Shown here piece after piece: positions 1 to 9,614 of a DNA stretch of 48,669 nt. The stretch comes from a virus (lineage: Duplodnaviria > Caudoviricetes): positions 1-48,669 of the IMG/VR virus record IMGVR_UViG_3300033412_000368; one strand, written 5' to 3'. Position numbers and translations under genes: made by a program. The stretch's first letter is position 1. Each line of letters opens with the position of its first letter. Below the pieces are notes generated by a model. It was not told the origin of the DNA. It searched no databases and worked only from the letters and a program-made list of their open reading frames with translations.

Positions 1-2
1 CA

Positions 3-122
3 GTATTATTAGCAGTTATATATACATTAATTGTTGCATGGAAAGAATTATTACCTGTAATTTTAATATTTGTATTTTTCAGTTGGTTATTTTGGAGTAT
101 TTATTATTTAGGAGTATATTAA
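3..122 (+). CDS. 3' part of a small membrane protein, probably continuing from 48631 across the window ends
   Basis: Open hydrophobic frame VLLAVIYTLIVAWKELLPVILIFVFFSWLFWSIYYLGVY*; its TAA lies just before the ATG at 124. Confidence 0.5.
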   Translation, partial: VLLAVIYTLIVAWKELLPVILIFVFFSWLFWSIYYLGVY

Positions 123-123
123 T

Positions 124-579
124 ATGACTACAATTGCTTGGGATGGAAGAATATTGGCTAGTGAAAGTAGAGAAACATTAGATAATGAAATAGTAAATGA
201 TAAAAGAAAAAAATTATTTCAATTAGAGAATTCTATTAAATATTATGATGATGAAATAATTGCCTATGGACTTGCTGGAAGTATTAGTGATTTTATTTTG
301 ATAAAAGAGTATATTATATCCTCTATTTTTCCATCAGTTGATAAAATAGATCACAATTGTAATGGTATTTTCATTGGTAAAAAATTAGTTTATTTATTAG
401 AAAGTGGTAATGGTTTGCTTATTGAGTATCCATTTAAATCTAAACTAGCAATTGGAAGTGGACATACATACGCAATAATGGCAATGAACCTTGGATTAGA
501 TTCATGTGCAGCTATTAAAGAGACAATTAAATTTGATTGTAAAAGTGGGGGTAAGATTCAAAGTATTCGAATTAAATGA
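124..579 (+). CDS. Ntn-hydrolase / proteasome-beta (HslV-like) peptidase
   Basis: N-terminal M-T-T-I-A-W-D-G (Thr nucleophile after Met removal), GLAG and AIGSG motifs, C-terminal D..SGG; AGGAG RBS. Confidence 0.7.
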   Translation: MTTIAWDGRILASESRETLDNEIVNDKRKKLFQLENSIKYYDDEIIAYGLAGSISDFILIKEYIISSIFPSVDKIDHNCNGIFIGKKLVYLLESGNGLLIEYPFKSKLAIGSGHTYAIMAMNLGLDSCAAIKETIKFDCKSGGKIQSIRIK

Positions 580-606
580 TCTTTATAAATAGAGATTCTT
601 TTTATT

Positions 607-647
607 TTTACTATTTATTTACAATAAATCATTTATAAAGTTATAAT
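607..647 (+). promoter_or_regulatory. Sigma70-like promoter overlapped by a palindromic operator-like repeat
   Basis: TTTACA(618-623)-18 nt-TATAAT(642-647). The 23-mer tttactatttatttacaataaat (607-629) recurs at 2976-2998 and contains the palindrome ATTTATT-tac-AATAAAT. Confidence 0.5.
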
Positions 648-699
648 TTTCCAATTAAATAGAATATAATTAGAATATAATAATTATTAGGAGATTTTT

Positions 700-918
700 A
701 TGGAGAATTTATATTATGAAGATAATATTACTATTTTTAAAACTTATAAGATAGAAAATAATACTTATTCTTATTGGGTAGATGAATTACCTAATCATGA
801 TAAATATGATCTTCTTATGGGTCAACAAATTATCCCTCCTCATATTTCTAATTATTATTTAGTTGAGTTGAATGATCAAAAATTTCTATCAAATTGTTAT
901 AATTGGAATAAAGAATAA
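700..918 (+). CDS. Hypothetical protein
   Basis: 72-aa ORF with AGGAG RBS, downstream of the putative promoter. Confidence 0.6.
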   Translation: MENLYYEDNITIFKTYKIENNTYSYWVDELPNHDKYDLLMGQQIIPPHISNYYLVELNDQKFLSNCYNWNKE

Positions 919-1043
919 GATTATCATTATATGTTTGACGAAAGAAAATAGTAGGTAAGGAAAGATTGATTTATAAAAGAATCAAGTTTTACTGCGGTTG
1001 GAAAATTTATAGAATGAATATTCTAACTTAAAGGGGATTAATA

Positions 1044-1769
1044 ATGACTAATACTAAATTAAAGATTATAACCCAAGAAGAATTAGATAAGGTTCTTAGT
1101 GATCATAAGACTTGGTTAGATTCTGATGGGGATAAAGGGACTAGGGCTGATTTATCTTATTCTAATTTATCTTATTCTAATTTATCTTATTCTAATTTAT
1201 CTGGGTCTGATTTATCTTATTCTTATTTATCAAGGACTAATTTATCTAATTCTAATTTATCTAACTCTAATTTATCTTATTCTATTTTATATTGGGCTGA
1301 TTTATCTGATTCTGATTTATCTAAGATTGATTTATCTTATTCTAATTTATCTTATTCTAATTTATCTTATTCTAATTTATCTTATTCTAATTTATCTTAT
1401 TCTAATTTATCTGGGTCTGATTTATCTAATTCTAATTTATCTAATTCTAATTTATCTTATTCTATTTTATCTTATTCTAATTTATCTTATTCTAATTTAT
1501 CTAGGTCTGATTTAACTGGGGCTAATTTAACTAATGTTAATTTAACTGGGGCTAATACTTCCACTATAATAGGTAAAAGAATTATTACATTTCAGGGTAA
1601 TAAACACTTTGCTTATTATGTTGATGGATATATTAAGATAGGGTGTGAATATCATACCTTAGACTATTGGATTAAGAATTATGAGAGGATTGGTACTGAG
1701 GCTGAGTATAGTTCTGAGGATATTGAGTCTTATGGTAATTGGATTAAGAGTATTAAAACTGAGGAATAA
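1044..1769 (+). CDS. Pentapeptide-repeat protein, copy 1 (28 repeats)
   Basis: 34-aa conserved N-cap, [SAT][ND]L[ST]x repeats, 67-aa conserved C-domain with IGCEYH..DYW. Confidence 0.9.
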   Translation: MTNTKLKIITQEELDKVLSDHKTWLDSDGDKGTRADLSYSNLSYSNLSYSNLSGSDLSYSYLSRTNLSNSNLSNSNLSYSILYWADLSDSDLSKIDLSYSNLSYSNLSYSNLSYSNLSYSNLSGSDLSNSNLSNSNLSYSILSYSNLSYSNLSRSDLTGANLTNVNLTGANTSTIIGKRIITFQGNKHFAYYVDGYIKIGCEYHTLDYWIKNYERIGTEAEYSSEDIESYGNWIKSIKTEE

Positions 1770-1772
1770 ATA

Positions 1773-2288
1773 ATGACTAATACTAAATTGAAGACTATAA
1801 CCCAAGAGGAATTAGACAAGGTTCTTAGTGATCATAAGACTTGGTTAGATTCTCATGGGACTAGGGGGACTAGGGCTGATTTATCTCTTACTGATTTATC
1901 TAAGATGGATTTATCTTATTTTGATTTATATAAGATGGATTTATCTTATTCTATTTTATCTTATACTGATTTATCTTATACTGATTTATCTAATTCTTAT
2001 TTATTTAAATCTGATTTATCTCATTCTGATTTATCTAATTCTGATTTATCTGGGGCTGATTTAACTGGGGCTAATATCTCTAATATAATAGGTAAAAGAA
2101 TTATTACATTTCAGGGTAATAAACACTTTGCTTATTATGTTGATGGATATATTAAGATAGGGTGTGAATATCATACCTTAGACTATTGGATTAAGAACTA
2201 TGAGAGGATTGGTACTGAGGCTGAGTATAGTTCTGAGGATATTGAGTCTTATGGTAATTGGATTAAGAGTATTAAAACTGAGGATTAG
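1773..2288 (+). CDS. Pentapeptide-repeat protein, copy 2 (14 repeats)
   Basis: Same N-cap and C-domain as copy 1; in tandem with it. Confidence 0.9.
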   Translation: MTNTKLKTITQEELDKVLSDHKTWLDSHGTRGTRADLSLTDLSKMDLSYFDLYKMDLSYSILSYTDLSYTDLSNSYLFKSDLSHSDLSNSDLSGADLTGANISNIIGKRIITFQGNKHFAYYVDGYIKIGCEYHTLDYWIKNYERIGTEAEYSSEDIESYGNWIKSIKTED

Positions 2289-2334
2289 ATTAATTAAATT
2301 TAAGATTTTTAAATTAAACGCATTGAATAATTAT

Positions 2335-2362
2335 TTGACAAAAATTATTAAAATACTATACT
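2335..2362 (+). promoter_or_regulatory. Sigma70-like promoter
   Basis: TTGACA-16 nt-TATACT in an intergenic region. Confidence 0.55.
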
Positions 2363-2516
2363 TATATTAAGAATAATAAAGTTGTAAGAGGGTAAAAACC
2401 TTGTGTGAGAAATAAAATGATATTCACTATATGTTGTATCGGTATATTTTTAGTATTAAGACAAAATGCAGTAGAGGAAATGAAATCTTATACTAAAAAG
2501 CCAAGGAGGAATTATA

Positions 2517-2723
2517 ATGAAAACGTATATAATAGAGAGTATAAAATACCCAATAGAAATTATATTCGCTAATAATTCGAAAAAAGCTTTAAAACAATAT
2601 GCAAAAGATTATGGATTTAAAAATATTAAGGATTTAGAAAAGGATTGTGAAAAATCGTTTAATTTATTAGATGATATCCATAGAATAATTCGAATTGAGA
2701 GATTATGTAAATCTAATCATTAA
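2517..2723 (+). CDS. Hypothetical protein
   Basis: 68-aa ORF with AAGGAG RBS. Confidence 0.6.
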   Translation: MKTYIIESIKYPIEIIFANNSKKALKQYAKDYGFKNIKDLEKDCEKSFNLLDDIHRIIRIERLCKSNH

Positions 2724-2752
2724 TAAGAAGCCCCTTAAAGGGGTTTTATTTT
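2723..2752. terminator. Probable bidirectional intrinsic terminator
   Basis: aagcccct-taa-aggggttt hairpin with A-rich and T-rich flanks, between convergent ORFs. Confidence 0.6.
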
Positions 2753-2923
2753 ATATATTAAATCATTTATTTTAAGGAGCTCTTTTATTATTTTTTCTCT
2801 ATCGGTAATTAAATCAGTTTCAAAGATATCATTTTGATGGGATAAGGTGTGTGTTCTTATATCCCCAATATCCTCTATAATTCTACCTTCTCCGGTTCCT
2901 ATACTATCTGGTTGATATTTCAT
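2735..2923 (-). CDS. Hypothetical protein, lone reverse gene in the early arm
   Basis: 62-aa ORF with AGGAG RBS on the - strand, ending in the terminator. Confidence 0.55.
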   Translation of the reverse strand: MKYQPDSIGTGEGRIIEDIGDIRTHTLSHQNDIFETDLITDREKIIKELLKINDLIYKIKPL

Positions 2924-2975
2924 AATAATCTCCTATATTTATAGTATAGTATATAGATTTAAATTTTGTTCTATC

Positions 2976-2998
2976 TTTACTATTTATTTACAATAAAT
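2976..2998. promoter_or_regulatory. Second copy of the 23-nt palindromic operator-like repeat
   Basis: Identical to 607-629; lies in a divergent intergenic region. Confidence 0.45.
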
Positions 2999-3135
2999 AA
3001 GAATTCTTATCTTGAAAAATTTTTATTTGTTATAGTTATAAAGATCTCCTTTCTTTTACATATTTTTTACATTCTCTTTCTTAATAAATTTATAATTAAT
3101 AGTCTAAACTATAAATAAACATTAAAGGAGAAATA

Positions 3136-3372
3136 ATGAAAACTTTATTAATAAGAGATATCGAAAGATATCTTAAAAGAGAAAAGAGTCGCTATAAAGA
3201 AGAATACTGGCCATATTATGAATTATGGTCAGCAGTTATTATTGATGCTGTTCGAGATACAACTATTAACAATTATAAAGAAGAATCAATGATTAATTTA
3301 TGTGATATGTTAGGTATTGATTCTGAGTTTATTATTGAATCTTGTAAAAAACAATTAAGGAGAGTAAAATGA
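3136..3372 (+). CDS. Hypothetical protein
   Basis: AAGGAG RBS; overlaps the start of the next gene. Confidence 0.65.
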   Translation: MKTLLIRDIERYLKREKSRYKEEYWPYYELWSAVIIDAVRDTTINNYKEESMINLCDMLGIDSEFIIESCKKQLRRVK

Positions 3373-3602
3373 GTAAATATAAAGATTTAGTTCTTGAAGG
3401 TTCTATGACTGTGAATCTAGGTAAAAATGTAAAATTAGGTGATTTACTTTCTATTACTGAAAAAGAAATTATAAAAATGGTAATTAATAAATGTAAGAGA
3501 AATCAATCAATTTGTGCTAAAGCTCTGGGGATAAATAGAGGTACATTAAGGACTAAGCTTAGAAAACATTTTGGTAATGAGTATTTCAGAGGAATAAAAT
3601 AG
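3369..3602 (+). CDS. Fis/NinH-like HTH DNA-binding protein
   Basis: [20 protein letters not shown] closely matches the Fis HTH ([20 protein letters not shown]). Confidence 0.8.
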   Translation: [77 protein letters not shown]

Positions 3603-5272
3603 TGGGGGATTGGTTAAATAAAAATCTTTCTTGTTTTGAATGTGGTAGCTCAGATGCTATGCAAGAGTCTGAGCACCATTTTAAATGTTTTAGTTGTAAT
3701 AAAACATTTCTTAAGAAAAATTATTCTCAAACTAATAATATAAGGTATAGTATGAATTATAAAACTAATTTAATTGATAAAGGAGAATATTATGATCTTA
3801 AAACTCGCGGAAATATTACAAAAAAAACTTGTCAAAAGTATGGAATAACGTGCAGCAGATATACTGGTACTTTTGGGCATGGTGAAAATCAACATTATTT
3901 AAATAATGAACCTATTTATATATTTAATTATTATAAAAATAATGAAATTATTAAGCAAAAATTAAGACCAGTAAATAAAAAAAATTATAAAATTTTAGGA
4001 GATTCATCATTTAAAGAATTTTTTGGGCAAAATATTTTTAAGATTGATTCTAATAGAATTTTAGTTATTACTGAAGGAGAATTTGAAGCTGCAGTTATTT
4101 ATCAAGAGGCTGGATTTAATGCTGTTAGTTTACCAAATGGCATTTCTTCTTTAATAAGCTGTATAAAAAATAATTTTGATTATATTTTTGGATGGAAATA
4201 TATAATTATTGCTGTTGATAATGATGAACCGTCTCAAAAAGAAGTAAATAAATTTTTATTATCAGATTTAGTTAATAAATTAGGGCCCGGAAAAATAAGA
4301 ATAGTAAAATGGCCATTAAAAGATGCTAATGAATTACTAATACAAAATCGTTCTCCTGATATAAAAAAAGCATTGTGGGATGCTGAAGAATATAGACCAA
4401 AAGATTTATTTAAAGCATCCGATTTAATAGAATCAGCATTAATAAAACCAGACCCAGGGATTAATACCCCTTGGCCATCTTTAACACGTGCTATATCAGG
4501 ATGGAGATCAAATACAATAATTACAATAGCAGGAGCGGACGGTATTGGAAAATCAGAATTAAAAGATGAAATTATTTTTAATTTAATAAAAAATGGTCAT
4601 TCAACGTGGGTATGGTCTGTAGAGGAAGAGGGAGAAGAATTGATACGAAGACAAGCGGGAAAATATCTTGATTTACCTCTTCATATTCCTGATATTAAAT
4701 GGGATATTGATAAAATAAAAAATGCAATGATGAAGATAGGGGATAATTTGATTATTTGGAAACCAGAAACAGTAATGACAACAGACGATTTATTGAATCG
4801 AATGCAATATGTTTCAGTTGCAAATAATGTTAAATATTTTATTATTGATCATTTAAAAGGTATTGACAGTCAAATGACTGATATTAATAATTCTATGGCC
4901 AAGTTTTTATCAGATTTAAAATTATTTTGTAAAACATATAAAACGACAGTTATTTTACTTTCACATGTTGCTAAAGATAAGAAACAAGGTAGAGTTGGAA
5001 AAGATGATGAATCATGGAATCGAGGAAGAATCCCAACAAAAGAAAATATTTATGGTTCATCCGCTATTGCAGCTTGGAGTGATATAATAATTGTATTATC
5101 TCGAAATGTTGAATCTGATAATAGTGATATTGCTTGTGTGACTTTATTATCTATTCTAAAGAATAGATTGATGGGGAATCGTGGTCAAAAAAAAATTTTT
5201 ACTAAATATATTGAAGATACGGGGCGTATAATAGAGATAGAACCTATTGATTATAGTGGAAGTATTGAATGA
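3602..5272 (+). CDS. T7 gp4-like primase-helicase
   Basis: Zn finger CFECGSSDA..CFSC, TOPRIM ITEGEFEA and DND, Walker A GADGIGKS, Walker B IIDHL. Confidence 0.92.
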   Translation: MGDWLNKNLSCFECGSSDAMQESEHHFKCFSCNKTFLKKNYSQTNNIRYSMNYKTNLIDKGEYYDLKTRGNITKKTCQKYGITCSRYTGTFGHGENQHYLNNEPIYIFNYYKNNEIIKQKLRPVNKKNYKILGDSSFKEFFGQNIFKIDSNRILVITEGEFEAAVIYQEAGFNAVSLPNGISSLISCIKNNFDYIFGWKYIIIAVDNDEPSQKEVNKFLLSDLVNKLGPGKIRIVKWPLKDANELLIQNRSPDIKKALWDAEEYRPKDLFKASDLIESALIKPDPGINTPWPSLTRAISGWRSNTIITIAGADGIGKSELKDEIIFNLIKNGHSTWVWSVEEEGEELIRRQAGKYLDLPLHIPDIKWDIDKIKNAMMKIGDNLIIWKPETVMTTDDLLNRMQYVSVANNVKYFIIDHLKGIDSQMTDINNSMAKFLSDLKLFCKTYKTTVILLSHVAKDKKQGRVGKDDESWNRGRIPTKENIYGSSAIAAWSDIIIVLSRNVESDNSDIACVTLLSILKNRLMGNRGQKKIFTKYIEDTGRIIEIEPIDYSGSIE

Positions 5273-5397
5273 TTAAGAAGTGTTTATTTATAATTTTTTT
5301 TAGTTTGGTTTTATTGAGTTGTGGATTAATATATTTATCAATTAATTTATTTTTTGTTATTTTTAAATTTCAAGAGAAGGAAACCAATAATGACTAA
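5269..5397 (+). CDS. Small membrane protein or lipoprotein (42 aa, not in the ORF track)
   Basis: MIKKCLFIIFFSLVLLSCGLIYLSINLFFVIFKFQEKETNND*; ATGA overlap with the primase stop; lipobox-like LLSC. Confidence 0.45.
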   Translation: MIKKCLFIIFFSLVLLSCGLIYLSINLFFVIFKFQEKETNND

Positions 5398-6148
5398 TAC
5401 TAAATTAAAGACTATAACCCAAGAGGAATTAGATAAGGTTCTTAGTGATCATAAGACTTGGTTAGATTCTCATGGGGATAAAGGGACTAGGGCTGATTTA
5501 TCTCTTACTGATTTATCAAAGTTTGATTTATCTGGGTCTGATTTATCAATGACTAATTTATCTGGGTCTGATTTATCTGATTCTAATTTAGAAATGGCAT
5601 TTTTAACTTATTCAGGAAAAGTGATTGATCCATTTAATATAAAAGAAGAAGATATTTGTTTTATTGATATTGCCCATCATTTATCAAAAATATGTCGCTA
5701 TGGTGGAGCTTTACCTCATAATATAAATTATAGTGTTGCTCAACATTCCCTCCATTTAGTTGAATGGGCTAGGGAAAATAATTATTCTACCTCTTTGCAA
5801 AAACAATTATTATTACATGATGCGGCTGAGACTTATATAGGAGATATGATATCGAGTGTTAAAAAGGGTCTTAATGATTATAAAAAATTAGAATATAAAA
5901 TAGAAATGATTATAAAAAAGAAATATTCTATAATTGATTGTAAGGAAGATATAAATCTTATAAAATTATTAGATAAAAGAATTGTTTTAGATGAGGCAAG
6001 GGCTTTTTTTCAATCATATTATACTATTTTTTCCTCTAGATCAGGAGGTTTAACCCCTCTTGGGTTGAATATTATGATTTCTGATCCTAAAATAATAGAA
6101 CAACAATTTCTTAGAGAAGGGTTTTTATTGTTAGATAATATTTATTAA
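5390..6148 (+). CDS. Truncated pentapeptide cassette (copy 3) fused in frame to an HD-domain 5'-deoxynucleotidase (YfbR/YfdR-like)
   Basis: N-cap plus ~7 repeats at 5390-5593, then from the ATG at 5594: DIAHHLS..CRYGG, YSVAQHS, LLHDAAETYIGD. Confidence 0.8.
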   Translation: MTNTKLKTITQEELDKVLSDHKTWLDSHGDKGTRADLSLTDLSKFDLSGSDLSMTNLSGSDLSDSNLEMAFLTYSGKVIDPFNIKEEDICFIDIAHHLSKICRYGGALPHNINYSVAQHSLHLVEWARENNYSTSLQKQLLLHDAAETYIGDMISSVKKGLNDYKKLEYKIEMIIKKKYSIIDCKEDINLIKLLDKRIVLDEARAFFQSYYTIFSSRSGGLTPLGLNIMISDPKIIEQQFLREGFLLLDNIY

Positions 6149-6169
6149 TTGAGTATTTGGAGATTAATA

Positions 6170-6895
6170 ATGACTAATATTAGATTGAAGACTATAACCC
6201 AAGAAGAATTAGATAAGGTTCTTAGTGATCATAAGACTTGGTTAGAATCTAATGGGACTAAGGGGACTAGGGCTGATTTATCTCTTACTGATTTATCAAA
6301 GTTTGATTTATCTGGGTCTGATTTATCAATGACTAATTTATCTGGGTCTGATTTATCAAGGACTAATTTATCTAATTCTAATTTATCTAACTCTAATTTA
6401 TCTTATTCTATTTTATATTGGGCTGATTTATCTCTTAATGATTTATCTAGGTTTGATTTATCAAGGACTAATTTATCTTATTCTAATTTATCTAGGTCTG
6501 ATTTATTTTATTATGATTTGTCTCTTACTGATTTATTTTATTCTAATTTATCTAATTCTAATTTATCTAATTCTAATTTATCTAATTCTAATTTGTCTAA
6601 TTCAAATTTATATGGAGTTAATTTATCTAATTCTGATTTATATGGGGCTAATTTAACTAAGGTTAATTTAACTGGGGCTAATATCTCTAATATAATAGGT
6701 AAAAGAATCATTACATTTCAGGGTAATAAAGACTTCGCTTATTATGTTGATGGATATATTAAGATAGGGTGTGAATATCATACCTTAGACTATTGGATTA
6801 AGAACTATGAGAGGATTGGTACTGAGGCTGAGTATAGTTCTGAGGATATTGAGTCTTATGGTAATTGGATTAAGAGTATTAAAACTGAGGGTTAG
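6170..6895 (+). CDS. Pentapeptide-repeat protein, copy 4 (28 repeats)
   Basis: Start moved to the ATG at 6170 by homology with the other copies and a GGAG RBS. Confidence 0.9.
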   Translation: MTNIRLKTITQEELDKVLSDHKTWLESNGTKGTRADLSLTDLSKFDLSGSDLSMTNLSGSDLSRTNLSNSNLSNSNLSYSILYWADLSLNDLSRFDLSRTNLSYSNLSRSDLFYYDLSLTDLFYSNLSNSNLSNSNLSNSNLSNSNLYGVNLSNSDLYGANLTKVNLTGANISNIIGKRIITFQGNKDFAYYVDGYIKIGCEYHTLDYWIKNYERIGTEAEYSSEDIESYGNWIKSIKTEG

Positions 6896-6897
6896 AT

Positions 6898-8799
6898 ATG
6901 TGGATAGGGGATATTGAAACTGATGGGCTATTAGAAAATTGCACTAAAATCCATTGTGCCGTTTTCTATAATATAGAGGGGGGTCAATACAGGATCTTCA
7001 CCCCTGATACTATTAAGAATTTACCTCTATTTTTAGATTCAATTAATAGTCTGTCAATGCATAATGGAATTGGATTTGATTTAAAAGTTTTTAAAAAATT
7101 ATTAAATTATGAATTTAAAGGGTTTTATATAGATACTCTTCTTATGTCAAGAATTCTTTGGCCTGATATAGAAAAAGTTACTTTTATAAGTCAAGGTGAA
7201 TCAGAAAATAATCCTATTTATAAGATTTTAAATTCACCTCATTCTGTTGAATCTTGGGGGGTTCGATTTAATACAAAAAAACCAAATCATGAGGATTGGA
7301 CTGTTTATAGTGAAGAAATGCTTTATCGCTGTAAAGAAGATGTTAAAATACAAACTTTATTATATAAAAAATGTAAGGAAACTATCAATAATTATAAAAT
7401 TAAAGATGAGAGACTTAATAAATGGAAAGATATTTTTCAGATGGAACAAAAATTTTGGAGTGGGATGGAAATTCAAGCTGAGAATGGTTGGCAATTTAAT
7501 ATTGATAAATGTTATTTTTATATAAAAATGTTGATTCAGTATATTGAAGATATTGATAAAGAAATAGATAAAATTTTACCTAAAATAGTGGTTTATCCAT
7601 ATAAAGATAAAATATGTAAAGCATTTAAAAATAATGGAGATTTAACATTGACCACTTTTAATTGGTTGAAAAAATTTAATTATACAAAAAATGAGATAGG
7701 AGGAGATTTTGTTCGAGTTGAATTCAAAAAATTAAATCTTAACTCTCCAGAGCAAATAAAAAATTTTTTATTAAAAGAAGGATGGAAACCAGTAGAATAT
7801 AATACAAAGAAAGATAAGCATAATAAACCAATAAAAGATGAAAAGGGGAGGGTTATTTATACTACTCCTAAATTACCAAAGGAATTAGAGGACTGGGAGA
7901 AAGCTGCTGCTGAGACAAATTCTCCATCAATTAAATTGTTATCTAAAAGAAATAAAATGAAACATCGTTTAGGGCTTTTACAGGGTCTTTATGATTCAGT
8001 TAATTGTAATAGAAGAATCCCAGCTAAAATGGTGACATGTGGGACTCCAACTGCACGTGCACGACATATAACCGTAGTCAATATACCAAAATCTGAAGAG
8101 AGGGTATTTTTCGGAAAAGAGTGTCGATCATTATTTGTTGTTCCTGAAAATAAAATTTTAGTGGGAATTGATGCAAGTGCTTTAGAAGCTCGTTGTGAAT
8201 CTCATTATTTATATAAAATTGATCCTCGTTCTTCTGACGTTATTATCAATGGTGATATTCATAGTATTAATGCAAAAATATGGGGAGTTGAAAGATCTTT
8301 AGCAAAAAATGGAAAATATGCGTTAACTTATGGGTGTAGTGCAAAGAAGCTTGCAATTACTTTATTAAAAGACTCAGTTTTATCAGAAAAATTATATAAT
8401 GATTTTTGGGATGCAAATCCAGCGCTTAAAGAACTCGTAGAAAAATTAAAAATTCAAGTTAAATCTAAAGGTTATTTGGTAGCTGTTGATGGGAGACCTT
8501 TAAATATTCGATATGAACATGCTCAATTAAATACTTTATTACAGTCAGCAGGGGCTATTGTTATGAAAAAAGCGTGGTGTTTATTTGATGAGTGGAGAAA
8601 TAAGGAGAACTTAGAAAATAAGATACTAGATGTTGGAAATTTTCATGACGAAACGCAAATTGAAACTTTACCTGAACTAGGAGATAGAGTGGGAAATAAA
8701 TATATTGAGTGTATTAAATTAGCGGGCGAATATTATAATTTTAATGTACCATTAACTGGAGAATATAAAATTGGTAAATCATGGGATGAAACTCACTAA
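6898..8799 (+). CDS. DNA polymerase family A (T7 gp5-like)
   Basis: ExoI DIETDGL, ExoII HNGIGFD, motif A GIDASALEAR, motif B RSLAKNGKYALTYG, motif C HDE, C-terminal SWDETH. Confidence 0.95.
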   Translation: MWIGDIETDGLLENCTKIHCAVFYNIEGGQYRIFTPDTIKNLPLFLDSINSLSMHNGIGFDLKVFKKLLNYEFKGFYIDTLLMSRILWPDIEKVTFISQGESENNPIYKILNSPHSVESWGVRFNTKKPNHEDWTVYSEEMLYRCKEDVKIQTLLYKKCKETINNYKIKDERLNKWKDIFQMEQKFWSGMEIQAENGWQFNIDKCYFYIKMLIQYIEDIDKEIDKILPKIVVYPYKDKICKAFKNNGDLTLTTFNWLKKFNYTKNEIGGDFVRVEFKKLNLNSPEQIKNFLLKEGWKPVEYNTKKDKHNKPIKDEKGRVIYTTPKLPKELEDWEKAAAETNSPSIKLLSKRNKMKHRLGLLQGLYDSVNCNRRIPAKMVTCGTPTARARHITVVNIPKSEERVFFGKECRSLFVVPENKILVGIDASALEARCESHYLYKIDPRSSDVIINGDIHSINAKIWGVERSLAKNGKYALTYGCSAKKLAITLLKDSVLSEKLYNDFWDANPALKELVEKLKIQVKSKGYLVAVDGRPLNIRYEHAQLNTLLQSAGAIVMKKAWCLFDEWRNKENLENKILDVGNFHDETQIETLPELGDRVGNKYIECIKLAGEYYNFNVPLTGEYKIGKSWDETH

Positions 8800-8814
8800 G
8801 AAAAAAAAGAATTC

Positions 8815-8855
8815 ACTTGTCACGATTTCATTATCATTTTGTGACAAGTTGTTTT
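8815..8855 (+). terminator. Inverted repeat, possible terminator after the polymerase
   Basis: acttgtcac(8815-8823) pairs with gtgacaagt(8841-8849), followed by tgtttt. Confidence 0.4.
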
Positions 8856-8885
8856 ATAGTTAAAATAAAATATAAGAGGTGATAA

Positions 8886-9238
8886 ATGAAATTAGCTGTT
8901 ATAGGTAGTCGGGGATTTATAAACATGGATCTTCTTTCCATCACATTAATGAAATATTATCCCGATATAACACAGATAATATCGGGAGGAGCAAGAGGTG
9001 CTGATAAATTAGCTAAACATTATGCCCGAGAAAAAATATAAACTATTTAGAATTTCCGGCCGATTGGGAAAATTATGGTAAAAGCGCTGGCTACAGAAGA
9101 AATAGAGATATTATAAATGCATGTGACGAAGTGTTAGCGTTTTGGGACGGCACTAGTAAAGGCACTAAGCATTCGATCGATTTAGCTAATAAATTAAATA
9201 AGATTATTAGAATTGTAAATATAGGTGATAAGAAATGA
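8886..9238 (+). pseudogene. SLOG-family (DUF2493/YspA-like) gene with a 1-nt frameshift
   Basis: MKLAVIGSRGF..ISGGARGAD in one frame and FPADWENYGKSAGYRRN..AFWDGTSKGT in another. The break is in the A6 run at 9031-9036; A7 would restore the frame. Confidence 0.85.
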
Positions 9239-9528
9239 AACAAATTAAATTTGGTAAAAAATATGAAAAAACGATTAATGACATCGATACTAAATTTACA
9301 TTTACCCTCCCGTGTGGAACATTATGGCAGGATCTTTATTCTGGGAAAGTTTATATTAGTTCCTCTTCTTCCGAAAGAATTTATTTAGAGTCCGATGGAC
9401 GTAAACTTTATATTAAAGATTATTCAGATTTATATGATGTAATTAAGCGCCTATATACAGATGATATAATAACCCCTATTGATATGTTTCAATTACCTAA
9501 TTTTAGCGCAAAAGTAAATAAAATGTAA
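9235..9528 (+). CDS. Hypothetical protein
   Basis: 97-aa ORF with ATGA overlap to the upstream gene. Confidence 0.65.
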   Translation: MKQIKFGKKYEKTINDIDTKFTFTLPCGTLWQDLYSGKVYISSSSSERIYLESDGRKLYIKDYSDLYDVIKRLYTDDIITPIDMFQLPNFSAKVNKM

Positions 9529-9614
9529 AGAGATTGATTTGTTAGAATAAATGTAATAATATTAAATTATGACAACTTGTTAGTATATATTGTTACTTTA
9601 TTAAGGAGGTTTTT

